A stretch of DNA of 64,000 nucleotides from the human T2T-CHM13v2.0 reference genome, Homo sapiens. Positions 21,146 through 39,217 of the stretch are shown here, in pieces. Positions within the stretch are counted from its first letter, which is position 1; each line of letters begins with the position of its first letter. Both the position numbers and the translations under genes were made by a program. The DNA lies in NCBI RefSeq assembly GCF_009914755.1, contig NC_060947.1; one strand, written 5' to 3'. The notes under the pieces were generated by a model, which was not told the DNA's origin, searched no databases, and saw only the letters and a program-made list of their open reading frames with translations.

Positions 21146-22459
21146 CTGCAGAAAGAGGAGAGGTAGATGAGATGACTGTCCTCCTGGAACTGTGCTCTCT
21201 GTCTCATTTGTTGAACTAATTTTGGGCCCAACTAAGTCCGGCCTCAGAGGACCAACGAAGTCAAATACATAATTTGATCCAATCCCATCATGGCACAAGT
21301 GAGAAAACTGAGGCCCAGGGAGAAGAAGCCACTTGCCCATTTCAAGGAGCTTCAAAATCCCAAGGTATCTTCAACCCAACATCCCCCTTCACTGGAGCCA
21401 CACCACAATTGAAAGAAAATCAGTATCTAATGAGAGCCTGCTCTATGCCAGGCTTGACATTCCCAGCAAGAACCGAGGAGAGGGCTGAGCACCTTCCCTC
21501 TGAGTCACAGACCCTCAGAGTAGGGAAGAAGTGAAGAGGTTACTTTGTTCCACGTCCCACATCCCACTCAGGCAGGTATCACCAACTTTCTCTGAGTGTT
21601 TCTGTAGACAAGGTGCCCCCTAGATTTCCAGGGAGCTGGGCCAAAATCTGGGTCACAGCTATCCCATATTCAGAACCCCAGAACCTTAGGACCCCACAAG
21701 GTTAAAATTTGGAAGGGACTGATGCCATAGGAGTCTCAGATCCATCACTTCCCAGTTGTATGACTTTGGACAATTCCTTTTGCTTCTCCAAGCCTTGGTT
21801 CCTTATCTACAAAATAGGAACACTACTGCCTGCCTTGCTGAGTTATTGTAAGAATTAAATATAGGTGGCAGTGTTTAATAAGCTATAAAGATGTAAGGCA
21901 TTCAAGTAATGGCTTCCAATTACATCTAATGTTTTCCAATTACATCTAATATTTTCCAATTATTTTCTAATCAAATGTCACACTCCCACCTCACTCCTAA
22001 ACACCTGGCAGAAGACCAGGCACCTAGAAAGAGCTTAGTCACAGTCACTGAAGGGTCCAGCACACCACCCTGCCCCCAACACCTCTTACATACACATTCT
22101 GCTAGTGGTAGGTGGAAAAATGGAAGCCCAGGGGAGGAATGCACCTTGCCCAGGGCTATGCAGTGAGTCTAGCCAAAGGCCGACTGAGGGGGCCAGGTCT
22201 CCTGTTTCCCAGACTAGGGCTCTTTCTACACCATATCACCTCCCCTCTAAAAAGGGAAGGTGGGGAGGACAAGGTTCAGAATCCATTTAGTGGGGTCATC
22301 TCACCCAAGATCACACAGCCAGCCAGGGGCAGTACTGGGACCCGAGCCCAGGTGTGTTAAGGGACTCTCTACTCTGCCACCCTGTTGCCAATCCTCTTCC
22401 CTGAATGTCTGGGGAGAAATACCATTCCACAAAATGAAAGGATGGCAGAACGGGGATCA

Positions 22460-23644
<1,185 letters not shown>

Positions 23645-23879
23645 TCACAGGAGCTGAGACTAATGCCCACAAGTTCCCCACTCAGCTCACACCCCAATAC
23701 CTCCTTTGTGTCCATTTAGACTCAAGCCAAACGTTACCTCCTCCCTGATTCAAGCCACATTCTTGCCTCTGCCATCCCCCAGAGTAAACCAAAATCCCAG
23801 TTTCCTCTGTGGGAATTCTCTTAGGAAATCCATAACATTTGACCTTGAGCATCTGGACCACAGCTGGTAATGCTCTCTC

Positions 23880-25102
<1,223 letters not shown>

Positions 25103-26310
25103 TTCCCCATCAGACTTCAATAGCACTCAGAGCTGGGACCAGACCTGCTTCCCAGACTGATCTCCTATTTCCCATTCCTCCCTTGAGGGAGGGATCCAGG
25201 CCTGGTTTCTCTCTTTTTAGCTCAGCTCAACACATTGCTTGACACAGAAGAGATGTTCAATTAAATCTTTGTTGTATGAATGAACAGACGAATGATATAG
25301 ATCTTCCCTTCAATACTCCTGTCCTTCCCTCCACCTCTTCACCAGCTCCAAGGAGGCATGCCCAGGCTGATGGCAAGGCCAGATCATAGAGGTTAGAGCA
25401 GGGTGACTTTTTCTCTTATAAAGCTTCTTCCATTCATTCAACAATCTCTACCAAGTACCTTCTTGGTTTTAGGAAGAAAACTAACGTACTTAGCAGCTAC
25501 TACGTGCTAGGTGTTTTCATATATATTACCTGTATAGTTGCACCGAGTCTTCCAAACAGCTCTAAAAGGGTTTTCTCTCCATTTTATTTTCTCTCCATTT
25601 TATTGATCATGTTTCAGTGTGGTTAAACAGTTTGCCAAGGCCACACAGTTGGGAAATGGCAGAACTGGGATTCACACCTGGGCAAGTATGTTGACACACC
25701 CCAAGCCTACAACGATCACCCACTACCTTTACTGCATTACAATTCCACCCTCCACACTTTTGCTGATGCAACGCCTATGTAAGCAACACCCTCCCAAGTA
25801 TTTCTAACTTGCTAAATCTTTTCTGTCTGGTAAGGTCCAGCTCCAATGCTGTTTTCTCAAATAGGTTTTCTGTGGTTCTCCCAGAAGAAAGTTTCCTCCC
25901 CCTCCTCTGGGTTCCCAAGGTACTATACATTATACTATAGCCTTTCTCATGGCTCAGAGCACACTCTACTTCAGGAGACAGTAATGCACACATATGTCTG
26001 CCATTTCCCACTGCCCTGGGATCCTTGAGGACAAGGACCAATTCCAGGTCCTTAGCCTCAGTCTCCTCCTCTATTAAATGGGAATAATAATCCCTGTCTC
26101 ACAGGTCTGCTGTGAGGCATATACAGCACTGGCACACAGTAGGAGCTCACTACCTGTGAGTTAAGCTTTATTTTATAGTAGATCAAGTTCCAAGTAGTGA
26201 GAACTTTTTTCTTATTTGTTCTATACACCCATACATATTTTTTCCCACAAGACGGGAACGACATGGAACACCCATATTTATAACTTGCTTGTTTTAACAA
26301 TGTAATTTCT

Positions 26311-26609
<299 letters not shown>

Positions 26610-26685
26610 GGTAATTTCTATCTTACCAGTTCTTTCTCATTATTCTCACAGTCCCAACTCAAATGGTAGCTATTTGCTGTTATTA

Positions 26686-27240
<555 letters not shown>

Positions 27241-27961
27241 TCATCTCCCTAGGCACTCAACCACACCACCCCCACTGGAATCATGGCTGACTGCTTACAG
27301 CCACCGAGAGCGCCAGGCTAGGTGCTCAGTGTTGTCTCCTCACTTGAATTTCAGATAACACTAGTCAAATGGGATTGGATTATGTTTTGTTTTCTTATTT
27401 GCAAGAAGAACATATTGATTATTTGAAAACAGGAAACAAACAGAGAAGCCAAAAAAAAAGAAAGCAAGGTAGAAATAAATGGAGAGCAAGAAGGAAAGAA
27501 AGGAGGAAGAAAGAGAATGAGAAAGGAGAAGGAGAGAGGGAGAGAGAAAGGCAGAGAAGGAAGGAAGGAAGGTAGGTAGGTAGGTTGAATTACCTACATT
27601 CCAAACACCTAAGCATAACTAGAATATGTCTTTTGGTGTAGGGTATATGTTTTTGTATATGTCCTTCCAGTTTTTTCCTATATGTAGTATTTTGTTTTCC
27701 CTCCACCTTTCTTTTTAGCTAAACAATCTATTGTATGGCACTCTTCTGAAAAGGTCAACTGATGTGTGTTCTTCCTGTTAGACTGAGTTTTTTGGGGACT
27801 GGATCCAGGACTCATTCATCTTTACATCGCCAGGACCCGGGCAGGGAGCTCAGTAAATGTTTCTTGAGTGAATACAAGCCTCAGTGGATGGGTGGTGAAT
27901 GAGTGCATCCCCAGTGGGGTGAAGGGTCCTGGGCCAGTCTTCTCCAATTCCAGCCTCATTA

Positions 27962-28655
<694 letters not shown>

Positions 28656-29203
28656 GCCCTTTCTTCTGCCCCCTCACAGCTCCACCCCTCCCCACAGACC
28701 TCTTCCCCTTACAGCTCCATCCCCTCCTGGCCTTGTCCCCAACGCAGTGCTCGCTGTGATTTCCCTCCCAGTCCGATTCCCAGCACCACCCCAGACTAGC
28801 TCCTTCAAAGCGCCACCCCCTCCCAGCCCTGTCCCAGCTGTGTGAGGCCCACCCCTGCACACAGCTCTCCCCTCATCCGCCCAGCCCTGTCCCCTGCAGC
28901 CTGGCCCCTGCCCCCTGGTGCCTGGACTCCGGGCCAGGCCAAGCCAGTTCCCAGGGTTCCCTGGTTGCGAGGGCAGGGCCAGCAGCAGGGCAGGGCGAGC
29001 AGCAACAGTGGGAGGCGCCTCCCATCCAGCATCCTCACAGGTAAAGAGCAGCCCTGCGGGGCAGCTTCCTTTTTCTCCTCATGGCCTCCTCTGCTCAGCT
29101 GGGGGAAGGGGGCAGGGGAGTCTCCACGCGTGGCAGGAGCTGGGCCCCGGGTCTTGCCTGCCCTGGTTTCCCAGAGCTGTTGTTCCACCAGAACTGCTCC
29201 CAT

Positions 29204-29217
29204 GGTGCCATGGCAAC
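29204..29217. promoter_or_regulatory. RFX X-box-like palindrome GGTGCCATGGCAAC
   Basis: 13/14 match to GTTGCCATGGCAAC. Confidence 0.55.
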
Positions 29218-30832
29218 CAGGCTGCCAGGGAACCCAGGTGGCGACAGAGCCCAGGCGCCTTGAGCCGAGCCTGCACGGTGAAGAGCCACAGAGGTGGGGA
29301 AGACAGGGAAGGAGTCGGGCGGGAAGGAACACGCAGGTGAGGCATGGAGGAGGCTGTGGGGGGAATGGGTGTGGCTGGGACCCAGAGAATGGTCTCATTA
29401 TGGGGGGCACAAGGTTGGAGGCTCTTGGCTGGTAAACAGGTGAAGGGGTACTCCCCAGCCCCTATTCGGCAGAGGCAAAGGCAAAGGGCAGAAATGGGCT
29501 GGGGTAGGTACTGGGGGGGACCCTACCAGTGCAGGAGCTGGAACTGCAACAGGCCTGCCAGCCTTGCAGCAGAGCGCTTTGCACTGGGGGCTGGATGTGG
29601 TGTGAAGGCTGCGCCCACGAGGCCCGGTCCCGGGCTGCAGCGCTGTGGAGCTCGGCTCCGCCCTGGGGAGAGCTCCCACCCATCGCTCGCTCTCCACCCC
29701 AAATTCTCTCTCCTCCTGGGCCTGGGGCGGTGGCCCTGACATCACCCCCACTCCAGGGTTCAGCCCCAGCTCAGCCCACCCCCGGCATCCAAGATGTTCC
29801 TCTCCTCCCTGCCAGGACTGCAGGATCTTGCCCATTAATCTCTCAAACCTCCCCTCCCAGCACACGGCTCAAGCCCAGTTTTGATCAACTGTCTCCTGTA
29901 TGCATGAACCATCATCTATAACTTCCACTGCTCAGAAGAGATAGCCCAAGTCCCTTATTCTGGCATTTGAGGCTTCTCCAAGATACAACAGCTAATATTT
30001 ATAGACCATTTAGCACATTTAGGTACCATTCTTACCACTTCACACTGAATAACTTGCTTGCTCTTCAAGACAACCGTATGAGGTAGGTACTGTAATTTAT
30101 CTTCATTTTACACATAAATAAACTGAGGCCCAGAGAGGTTAAGTAACATATCTATGGTCACACAGCTACTAATGATAGAGCCAGGATTCAAATCCAGGCA
30201 GTCTGACTCCAGAGCCCACACTCTTAAACATTAAGCCATACTTCAGGGTTGGCTGCCAGCCCCCTATTCCATCCACCCATCATTCCAGCCTGGCCCACAT
30301 CCTGCTTTTCCCAAATGCTCCTCTGCTTTCTACCTCCAAAACTGCTCATACAGTACCTACCACTTGAAATGCAATCCCCATCGTCTCCGCCATCTGCAAT
30401 CTGAGAAATTCCCCCACATCCTAGTTCCGTCAAGATTCAGGTCATATGCCACCACTAAGAAGCCCTCCTGAATCCCGCCTCCAGCCAGAAATTATTGCTG
30501 ATCCTGTTCAGAGCTCCCACACACAGCACATGTCTGTCCTGCTTTTTATGGCACAGGTTAGCTTTGGCAAAGCATGACAGCTATTTGTGTTCATGACTCC
30601 CAGAATCCCAGCTCAGGAAGAGAATTTGATAATCTCCCAGCTAACACAGAGCACACGGCCTGGAACAGAGTAGGTGCTCAATAAAAGCTGCCGTCCAGAG
30701 GGAGTCAATGAATGTGCTCAGGAGGCTGCTCTAAGAAATACTCTCTCCTGAACTTTTACCACAGCCTCCGATCTCCTCTTCCAACCCATTCTTCACCCTG
30801 TGGCCAGTGAGAGCTTTCAAAAGTACAAATCT

Positions 30833-32078
<1,246 letters not shown>

Positions 32079-32134
32079 TGTACTAACCTAACTATTTCAT
32101 TCTCTCACTAAAACCCTTCCACAGCGCCAGATAA

Positions 32135-32735
32135 CTCACTCAACAAACAACAACTGAGCACCCTCTGTATGCCAGGCACAGTGCTGGGTGCTGGAAATAT
32201 ACTAGTGAGCAAAATGCACGAGAACATTCTCAGGGAGGTGATGTTCTAGTGAGGGAATGGGTGTGGCTGGGACCCAGAGAATGGTCTCATTATGGGGGGC
32301 ACAAGGTTGGAGGCTTACAGAAGAAAGAAACAAGTAAATATATCCTGCCATTTCAGGTAGGGGTGAAGTGCTAGGAAGGAAAATATAGCAGATTGCGAAA
32401 AGGTGCTGTTTGAGAAGTGGTGCTCAGGGAAGGCCTTTCTGGAGCAATGGCATATAAGCAGAGTGCTGAGGGAAGTGAGAGGAAGTTGCATGGCAAAGGC
32501 AGAGCAGTCCAGAGAGAGGGTACAGCCAGCGCAAAGGCCCGGAGGTAGAACTGTGTCTGGCATGTTCGAGAAACAGTGAAGAGGCCAGTGTGGCCGGAAC
32601 AGAGTGAATGAGAGGAGATAGGAGGTAAGATCAGAGAGGTCATGGGGGCCAAATCGGAAAGGGCATGAGCCTACAATAAAGACTTTGGCTTTTGCTCTGA
32701 TTGAGGTGAGCAGAGGAGGGACATGATCTAACTTG
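32135..32735. mobile_element. L2 fragment (contains a 63-bp foreign insertion)
   Basis: tcactcaacaaac...gagcaccctctgtatgccaggcacagtgctgggtgctgg; agccagcgcaaaggcccggagg; gaggccagtgtggccgga. Confidence 0.85.
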
Positions 32736-33739
32736 GGTGTTCCAGGAATCAGCAGCCATGGGATAACCTTCAACTTCCTCACTGTGGCCATGGATGGCTC
32801 TCCTGACTTGACCCCCACCTCATATATTCTCTGCCCCATTGCCCCAACCTGGCTACCTCCTGCTCAGCCTTCAATGCTCTGCTCAGGTATGCCTTTCCAT
32901 GCCTGCCTGCCTCCTCCACACAGGCTGTCTTACACCCGCTCCTCTCGGGCTGCAGTAGGGCCCTGTTGTCACCTCTAATTCCTAGGGCAAAGGCACTACT
33001 TAGCTCATTGAATTCTTGAAACTTACCAAGGCAGGCACCATTAGCCTCATTTCATAGATGAAGACACTGAGGCTCAGAGAGGTGACATAAACTTGCTCAA
33101 GGTCACATAGCTATTAAGTAAAAAAGCTAGGATTCAAACCCAGGGCCCAGGCTTTTCATGACATCTTGTTGCCTCTCCTCACTCCCGGCTCCGTGCTGCC
33201 CCTGGCTCTGCACTCTTTGGCAATTCCTCCCTTGAGAGCTCACCCCCGTTTTGGTTGCAAAGGGAATAGTGGCAGGGAGATCAGGCTGTCAGCACAGCCT
33301 CCCACAAGGGAGCCTGGCAAAAAAAGGAGGGTGCTTGACGGCGTTGCTTCTGACATCATACATACTGCTGAAGAAACAGCACTGGGGATGTGGAATCCCT
33401 CAAGTCAGAGCCCCCAGAACAACACTCGGGGACATGCTGATCACATGGAAAATCTCTCTTCTTCTCTTTCTCTCGCACACATACACACACATGCAAACAC
33501 ACAGAGAGAGAAAGAGCCTGTTGTAGAGTAAGACGCTGGGCAGGCCAAGGCTCAGGTCCTGACTGCCACTGACCAGCTGTGTGAGCCCGTGCATGTCACT
33601 TTTCCTCTCTGCAACTCAGTTTCTCATCTGTGCAGGGGTCAAGCAAAACCAACTCCCTCTTTGGATTCCTGGACTTCAGAAACGGTCTGGGAGCACCCCC
33701 TCTCTGGACTCTTCCCAGCCAGGAGCAAAACATCTGCAT

Positions 33740-33740
33740 G

Positions 33741-33775
<35 letters not shown>

Positions 33776-33940
33776 TCACACACATGCATGCAGAGGTACA
33801 ATAACACAGACACATGCAAAGGCAGACAAACCTAGAAACAAAAACACATCCACAGACACAAGAAAATAGACACAAACACATGCAGACATGCACATATACG
33901 GACACAACCACACACACACACTCACACACACACACACACG
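33740..33940. repeat. (CA)n-rich tract ((UG)n in IQSEC2 pre-mRNA)
   Basis: Two perfect CA runs with degenerate CA-rich sequence between them. Confidence 0.9.
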
Positions 33941-34618
33941 CCCATGTGCGCTGTCTGCTGGGCTATTCTGTGGGGGAAATTGGAGAGCATCCTCTGCAGA
34001 GGGGGAAATAAGCTATGCTACACAAATAACCACAGTACAAAGCAGAAAGTTATCAGGGCTGGGGAACAGAGGAAGTGCTGGGGGAGTGCAGGAGAGAGAT
34101 CCCTTCTGTTTGGGGGTGGTTGAGCAGAATAAAAATAAACTCGCACTTACTGCGCACCTTCCCTGTGTCAGGCATTTTCCACACATTATTTAATCTGCAT
34201 GGCAAACGTGAGGGAAGAATTAGGATTCCTATTTTGCAGATGAAGAAAAAAACTCCAAGAGGGGAAATGACTGCCAAAGGTCTCAGAGCTAGCAAGTGGC
34301 AGGACAGAGATTCAAACCCCAAAGCTTGTGCTAGTTCCTCTGCTGCCCGGAAGGCTTCCTGGGGGAGGAAGCTTGTGGACTGGGTCTTGCCTGGAAGGAG
34401 TTGGTAGAGATGAAGAGTGAGGGAACCTTGTGTGCCAAAGCACTAAGATGGGGAGAAGCAGTGTAGGATGTTCCACAGGGATCTGGGGCTGGCCTGCCCA
34501 TGGCAGGGGCACTAATCCTCCTCAAATGCTGCTTCTAATGGGAGGTCTTCTCTCCCTCCTTCCCTTTATTGGCACTGCCCGGAACCAGGCAGCCAGCAGG
34601 GGATGGGATCAGGATGCA

Positions 34619-34712
34619 GTTGTCATGGAAACGAATGGGGGCTGTTGCCATGGATATCATAAGATGAGGGCAAGAGGAAGCTAGGGATGGTGAGGACTAT
34701 CCCCATGACAAC
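34619..34712. promoter_or_regulatory. Cluster of three RFX X-box-like motifs
   Basis: GTTGTCATGGAAAC (34619), GTTGCCATGGATAT (34644), ATCCCCATGACAAC (34699). Confidence 0.6.
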
Positions 34713-37175
34713 TTAGGTGGCAGTGGGGGGAACGGGACGGACTGGAAGTAGAGACAAGAAAACAAGACGAGGAAGGTCATTGCACCTGGATGGGACCAGG
34801 GGCTTTGGGTTCTGGAAGGAGCAGACTGGGCCAGGAGACTGGACCCAGTGGCAGGGGAGAGAGGAGGCAGGGGGACTGCAGCCACCTCTCCCTCCAATAT
34901 TTCTTCTGCAAGCTAGTTCTGCTGCCCAATCCCAGTGTCACAGGGATCTAAGCCCGAGCCCAGCCTGGCTTGGCACAGGAACTGACAGGGAAGAAAGCAG
35001 CCTTCAGAGGAGCTGAGCTGCATACACGGGCTTTGGGAGCGCAAGACCTGAGCTTGAATCCCAGCTTTGCTGCTGTGCAGCCCTAAAAATAATAGTTGTC
35101 ATTTATTGAGTTGTCATTTTGCTAGGCTGAGCAACACTGCAAGGTTTGGGTTGTTCTCTCTGAGGAGGACAGCACAGATGATGAAACTGAGGTACAGAGA
35201 GATGAAGTAACCTGCCCAAAGCCTTGAAGCTCAGCACTGGTGGAGCCAAGATTCAAACAAAAGTGTATCTGAACACAAAGCCCGTGCTCTTACCACCACC
35301 CCACCCTCTGTCCCAGGCACTATAAGCAGTCCCTTCAAGGTACAGTCCTCGCATTCTTCATCTCCCCGTGCCTTCCCACAGTGGCACACAAAGGATCGCA
35401 TGCTGGGTAAATATTTGTGGAGTGGGTGAACGAGGAAGCAACCCGGGAGGAAGCAGGAAGGACTGAGGTTAGATGGAAGAAGCTCCTGACCTCAAGAGCG
35501 ATGACTCATGGATGTGGCTAGCCAAGGGTGGCAGAAGATGCACAGAGCTGGGATGGACTGGACGGACTAGGCTTTATGAACCATCCAATCCCACAGACCC
35601 AAATGGAGGCCCAGAGAGTCAAAGTGACTTGCCCAGGGTTGCACAGGACAAGAATCCCCCTCACCTCTGGCCAGCATCCCACTCTTAGCTTCAGAAGCCC
35701 CTCTGAATCTGGCCTGTCTCCCCACCCCTCACCTCCCACCCTGCCCTGTAAGTTCCTCAATGTCACAGGCAATAGCAGGTTACTTGCAATTCCTAGACTA
35801 CAGCAAGCTGATCCACATAACCAAGCCCATGCTCATACTCTTCCTTTGTTTCTTCTGCCCAGAATGTCTTCTGTCTCCCCTTCACCCCCCGACTTGCTTG
35901 ATCTGGGTGAGCTCATCTTCATCTTGCAGTACCCTGGGCAGGTTGGTCCTTCTGGGAAGTCAATGCTGACTCACTCCTGCCGCTCACGGAACATGACAGG
36001 GTCAGTGACTCCCTCCCCTGTGTCTTATGCATACCCATATTATCACAGTCAGTCTTTCTTCCTGGCTAACTTGTGGTTCTCTCTTAAAGTGTCCGTCTCC
36101 CACCCCACACCCCCGTCCTGTTTCCCAAGGGCAGCGGCCCGGTGTGATTCACCTTTGCGGACCTATGGCACTCATGCCAGTACTAAGCACACAGCAGTTA
36201 CTCAGCAGCCACCCTGGGTCCTCGAAGACCACAGGTAGAAATCACGTGTGTCTGTGTGTGTGTGACCATCCTGCCTGACAACTGTCACCCTAAAGGCCAC
36301 AGCCTCACGTGCTTAAAAGCCACCCACACCCAGCCTTGTGATTACATCCACCAGACACAGACATCAAGGCTGCCAGGTACATAAAGTCACCACTTCACAC
36401 AATCAACCTCACACTCAGAATTCCTCACACCCAGTCTCACATCATCACATTTCCTCAGCTCTGCAGCAGTGTGCACAGTCTCACAACTGTGAGACCTGCA
36501 GAGCCTTGTGCAAAGACATGTGTGAGGATGGCCGGCCACATGGAGGCCATGCGTGCACACATATTTCTCTCACGGCTGATCAAAACCCCACCCCCTTCCC
36601 ACAGCACAAGCCCTCTGCCCGATTCAGCCAATTCAGTTGCCCACGGGTCGGGAGGGCCATCTGACCCTGACTTGCCCCCTCCCCCCATGTAGTTGAACCC
36701 CCGTCCCCACCCCCACACTTGCTTCTCTCTCCATTCAGCGGAAGGGTAGAATGGTCTCCTCGTCCCCAGCCCCAGGTCACCTACATTCACACACCCTGGA
36801 GAGCAGAATAAACAGAGTAATGTACCCACCATTCCCCTGCATGACCCTGGAGCGCTCCCCCAGGTTTTTGTCTATGCGGTCCCTGTCTCCTATAATGCCT
36901 TCTCACCCCTTGCCACCTTTTCAAACCCTTACCAGCCTTCAAGGCTCAACTCTTGCACCTCTTCCTCCAGCAAGCCCTCCTGGACACCACACCTCCCCAC
37001 CCACCTTGACATCTCCTTCCTCTCTGGGCCAGGAACAAAATGTGCTCATTACTGAAGCCGTTCCTGTCCAATCATGTTAACCCTTTGCATCCTTCCTACT
37101 TTCCCAAAGGATTTCTCATCTCTCATCTCCCCTGGGAGATGGAGAGCTCGCAGAGGACACAGCCACTGTCATGCT

Positions 37176-37318
37176 TAAAAAAAAAAAAAAAATCTTTTTG
37201 TAGAGATGAGATCTCACTATGTTGCCCAGGCTGATCTGAAACTCCTGGCCTCAAGCCATCTGCCTGTCTCAGCCTCCCAAAGGGCTAGGATTACAGGTGT
37301 GAGCCACCACACCTGGCC
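37176..37318 (-). mobile_element. Alu monomer (FLAM/left arm)
   Basis: tttttgtagagatgagatctcactatgttgcccaggctg...acacctggcc. Confidence 0.9.
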
Positions 37319-38593
37319 TCTGTCTTACTTTGGATCTCTCACAGTATTTAGCGTCAGGTCTTATACCCAGTAAGGGCTCAAACAATGCTTTGTTGAGTAG
37401 AATGAGGAAGAGTAAATAAGGGAGACAGGCAGGGAGGGAGGGGAGAAATAAATGAGACTTTGAATGGGTGAATGAGTAGATGAGTTGAGCGAGTGAGGCA
37501 ATAAGTGAGGGAAGGAGGTGAGGTTCTAGGAAACCTAGAGGTTCAATGTGATAGAGATGCTGAAGGGAGGGAGGAAAGAAAAGACAGGAGAAAACTCTCA
37601 CCTGGGCCTTAATCAAAACAAGAGCCACCAATCACAGCACACTTGCCCAACAGTGCACAAGCTCCTATGCTGGGCTCGTTGTGTTCTTTCTTGCTAATCT
37701 TCATGACAACCCAGAGAGGTAGGTATATTCTCACTGTACTCAGGAGGAAAACAAAGCTCAAGGAGAAGAAAAAACTTGCTCAAGGTTATACAGATGTAAG
37801 TGGCAGAACCAGAAGGTAAACTCAGATTTGTCTAATACCAAAGGCTCAGACAGGAAAAGTCGGGGGTATGAGCCCACTTCAGACACATCATGGAAGGTGT
37901 GAGTCCTACAAACCCGTAAAGGACATCTTCCACCCTCCAGCTGAGAGCCTCCAGGGAGTCTTAGAACCAGCCTCTGCCCAGGTGCAGGGAATATTTAGGG
38001 TCGTTGCATTGGAGGGAAATGGCTTCCTCTCAGATTCAGAGATCCCTAAAGTTGTAGAATCAGAACCTTAAAAGTAAACGATCAAGGAATCTAAACATTG
38101 CAGAATATTAAAATTGCATCATCAGAATTTGTTCAAATGGTAGAATTATGCAATCTTAAAACCACAGGACTGGAAAATCCCAAAATCACTGCATTGTAGA
38201 AATAGAAATCATAAAATTGCAGTGGAATGTGTCACTGAATCATTGTCTATTAAATTCACATAATCATAGCTTCTTAAAACTGTAGCATCTCAGATTCACA
38301 AAATGTCACAGCTGGAAGAGTCATTGGAGACCCTCTAATCCAACCCTTCTCCTTTTTATAGATGTCAAAGAGGTCATGCGACACATCCAAGGTTAGCCTG
38401 CCCGTGTTGGGAGTCATTCATGCATTTATTGAGTGCCTCCTGGGTGTTGACAAAACCACGAATCAAACCCTACTCTCTTTCCCGGCCCCTATTCCCAGCC
38501 CTGGATAGGAAAGAAGGCAAGGCCCTGGTGGGGATTGGAAGAGGGAAGTGGGGGTGGGTGGAATATACATCAGACAGAGAGAAGAGATCAGCT

Positions 38594-38599
38594 TTTATT
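38594..38599 (-). promoter_or_regulatory. AATAAA, probable intronic poly(A) signal for the 73-aa isoform
   Basis: Minus-strand AATAAA ~620 nt after the stop at 39218, followed by U/GU-rich ctcttctctgtctgatgt. Confidence 0.55.
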
Positions 38600-39217
38600 G
38601 ATGGAAATTCCTTTGTACACAGCAACACGCACTCTGAGAGGCCTTTTCCTCCTGATAATATTTACAGAGCACTATGGGAGTGGCAGAGGGCATGGGGTGA
38701 GGCCTTCAAGCAGTGGAGGAGATGGCAGCAATGGCCACAGCAAGGGAACAAACGACAGGGAACTAGGCAGGCTGGGTCCTGCCCCCGTCTGGTCCTCTGA
38801 GCCCTAGGCACCCTGCATCTCTGTTTGTGCTCACAGAGGACAGAGGTAGGTCCTTGGGATGTCATTTGGAGACCTCTCCAGTAGTGGCAGGCTCCAGGGT
38901 GCCTGGGAAGTGGGAGTGCGGGTACGGGAGGATCCAGGTTCCAAGCTCCAAGCTCCAAGCTCTGCTTCTCCCACATTTTAGTCGGACCTAGGGCTCCAGC
39001 TCTCTTTAATTCAGGGGCTGGAGTCCAGAGGAGACAGCAGTGGGGATGGGAATTCCAAGAAGAAGGTGGGGGGAGGAAGGGGCACGATGCTTGCCCATCT
39101 GGTTCCTGAAGCAGGGGACAGGGTCCCATGGGGGAATCTGCGGGGGGGTGGGTGGGGGGAAGGAGGGGCTGGTTAAGGCTTTTGCTTCTGCATAGAAAAT
39201 GGCCCTTGTCCTCTCAG

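Noticed and set aside
35528-36238. 236-aa plus-strand ORF
   Set aside because: Overlaps MIR/L2-like relics, has a non-ATG start, and shows no recognisable domain or splice structure.
38040-38340. Degenerate (AGAATCAT)-like periodicity
   Set aside because: Typical decayed MIR3/L3 tail; no repeat-spacer structure, so not a CRISPR-like array.
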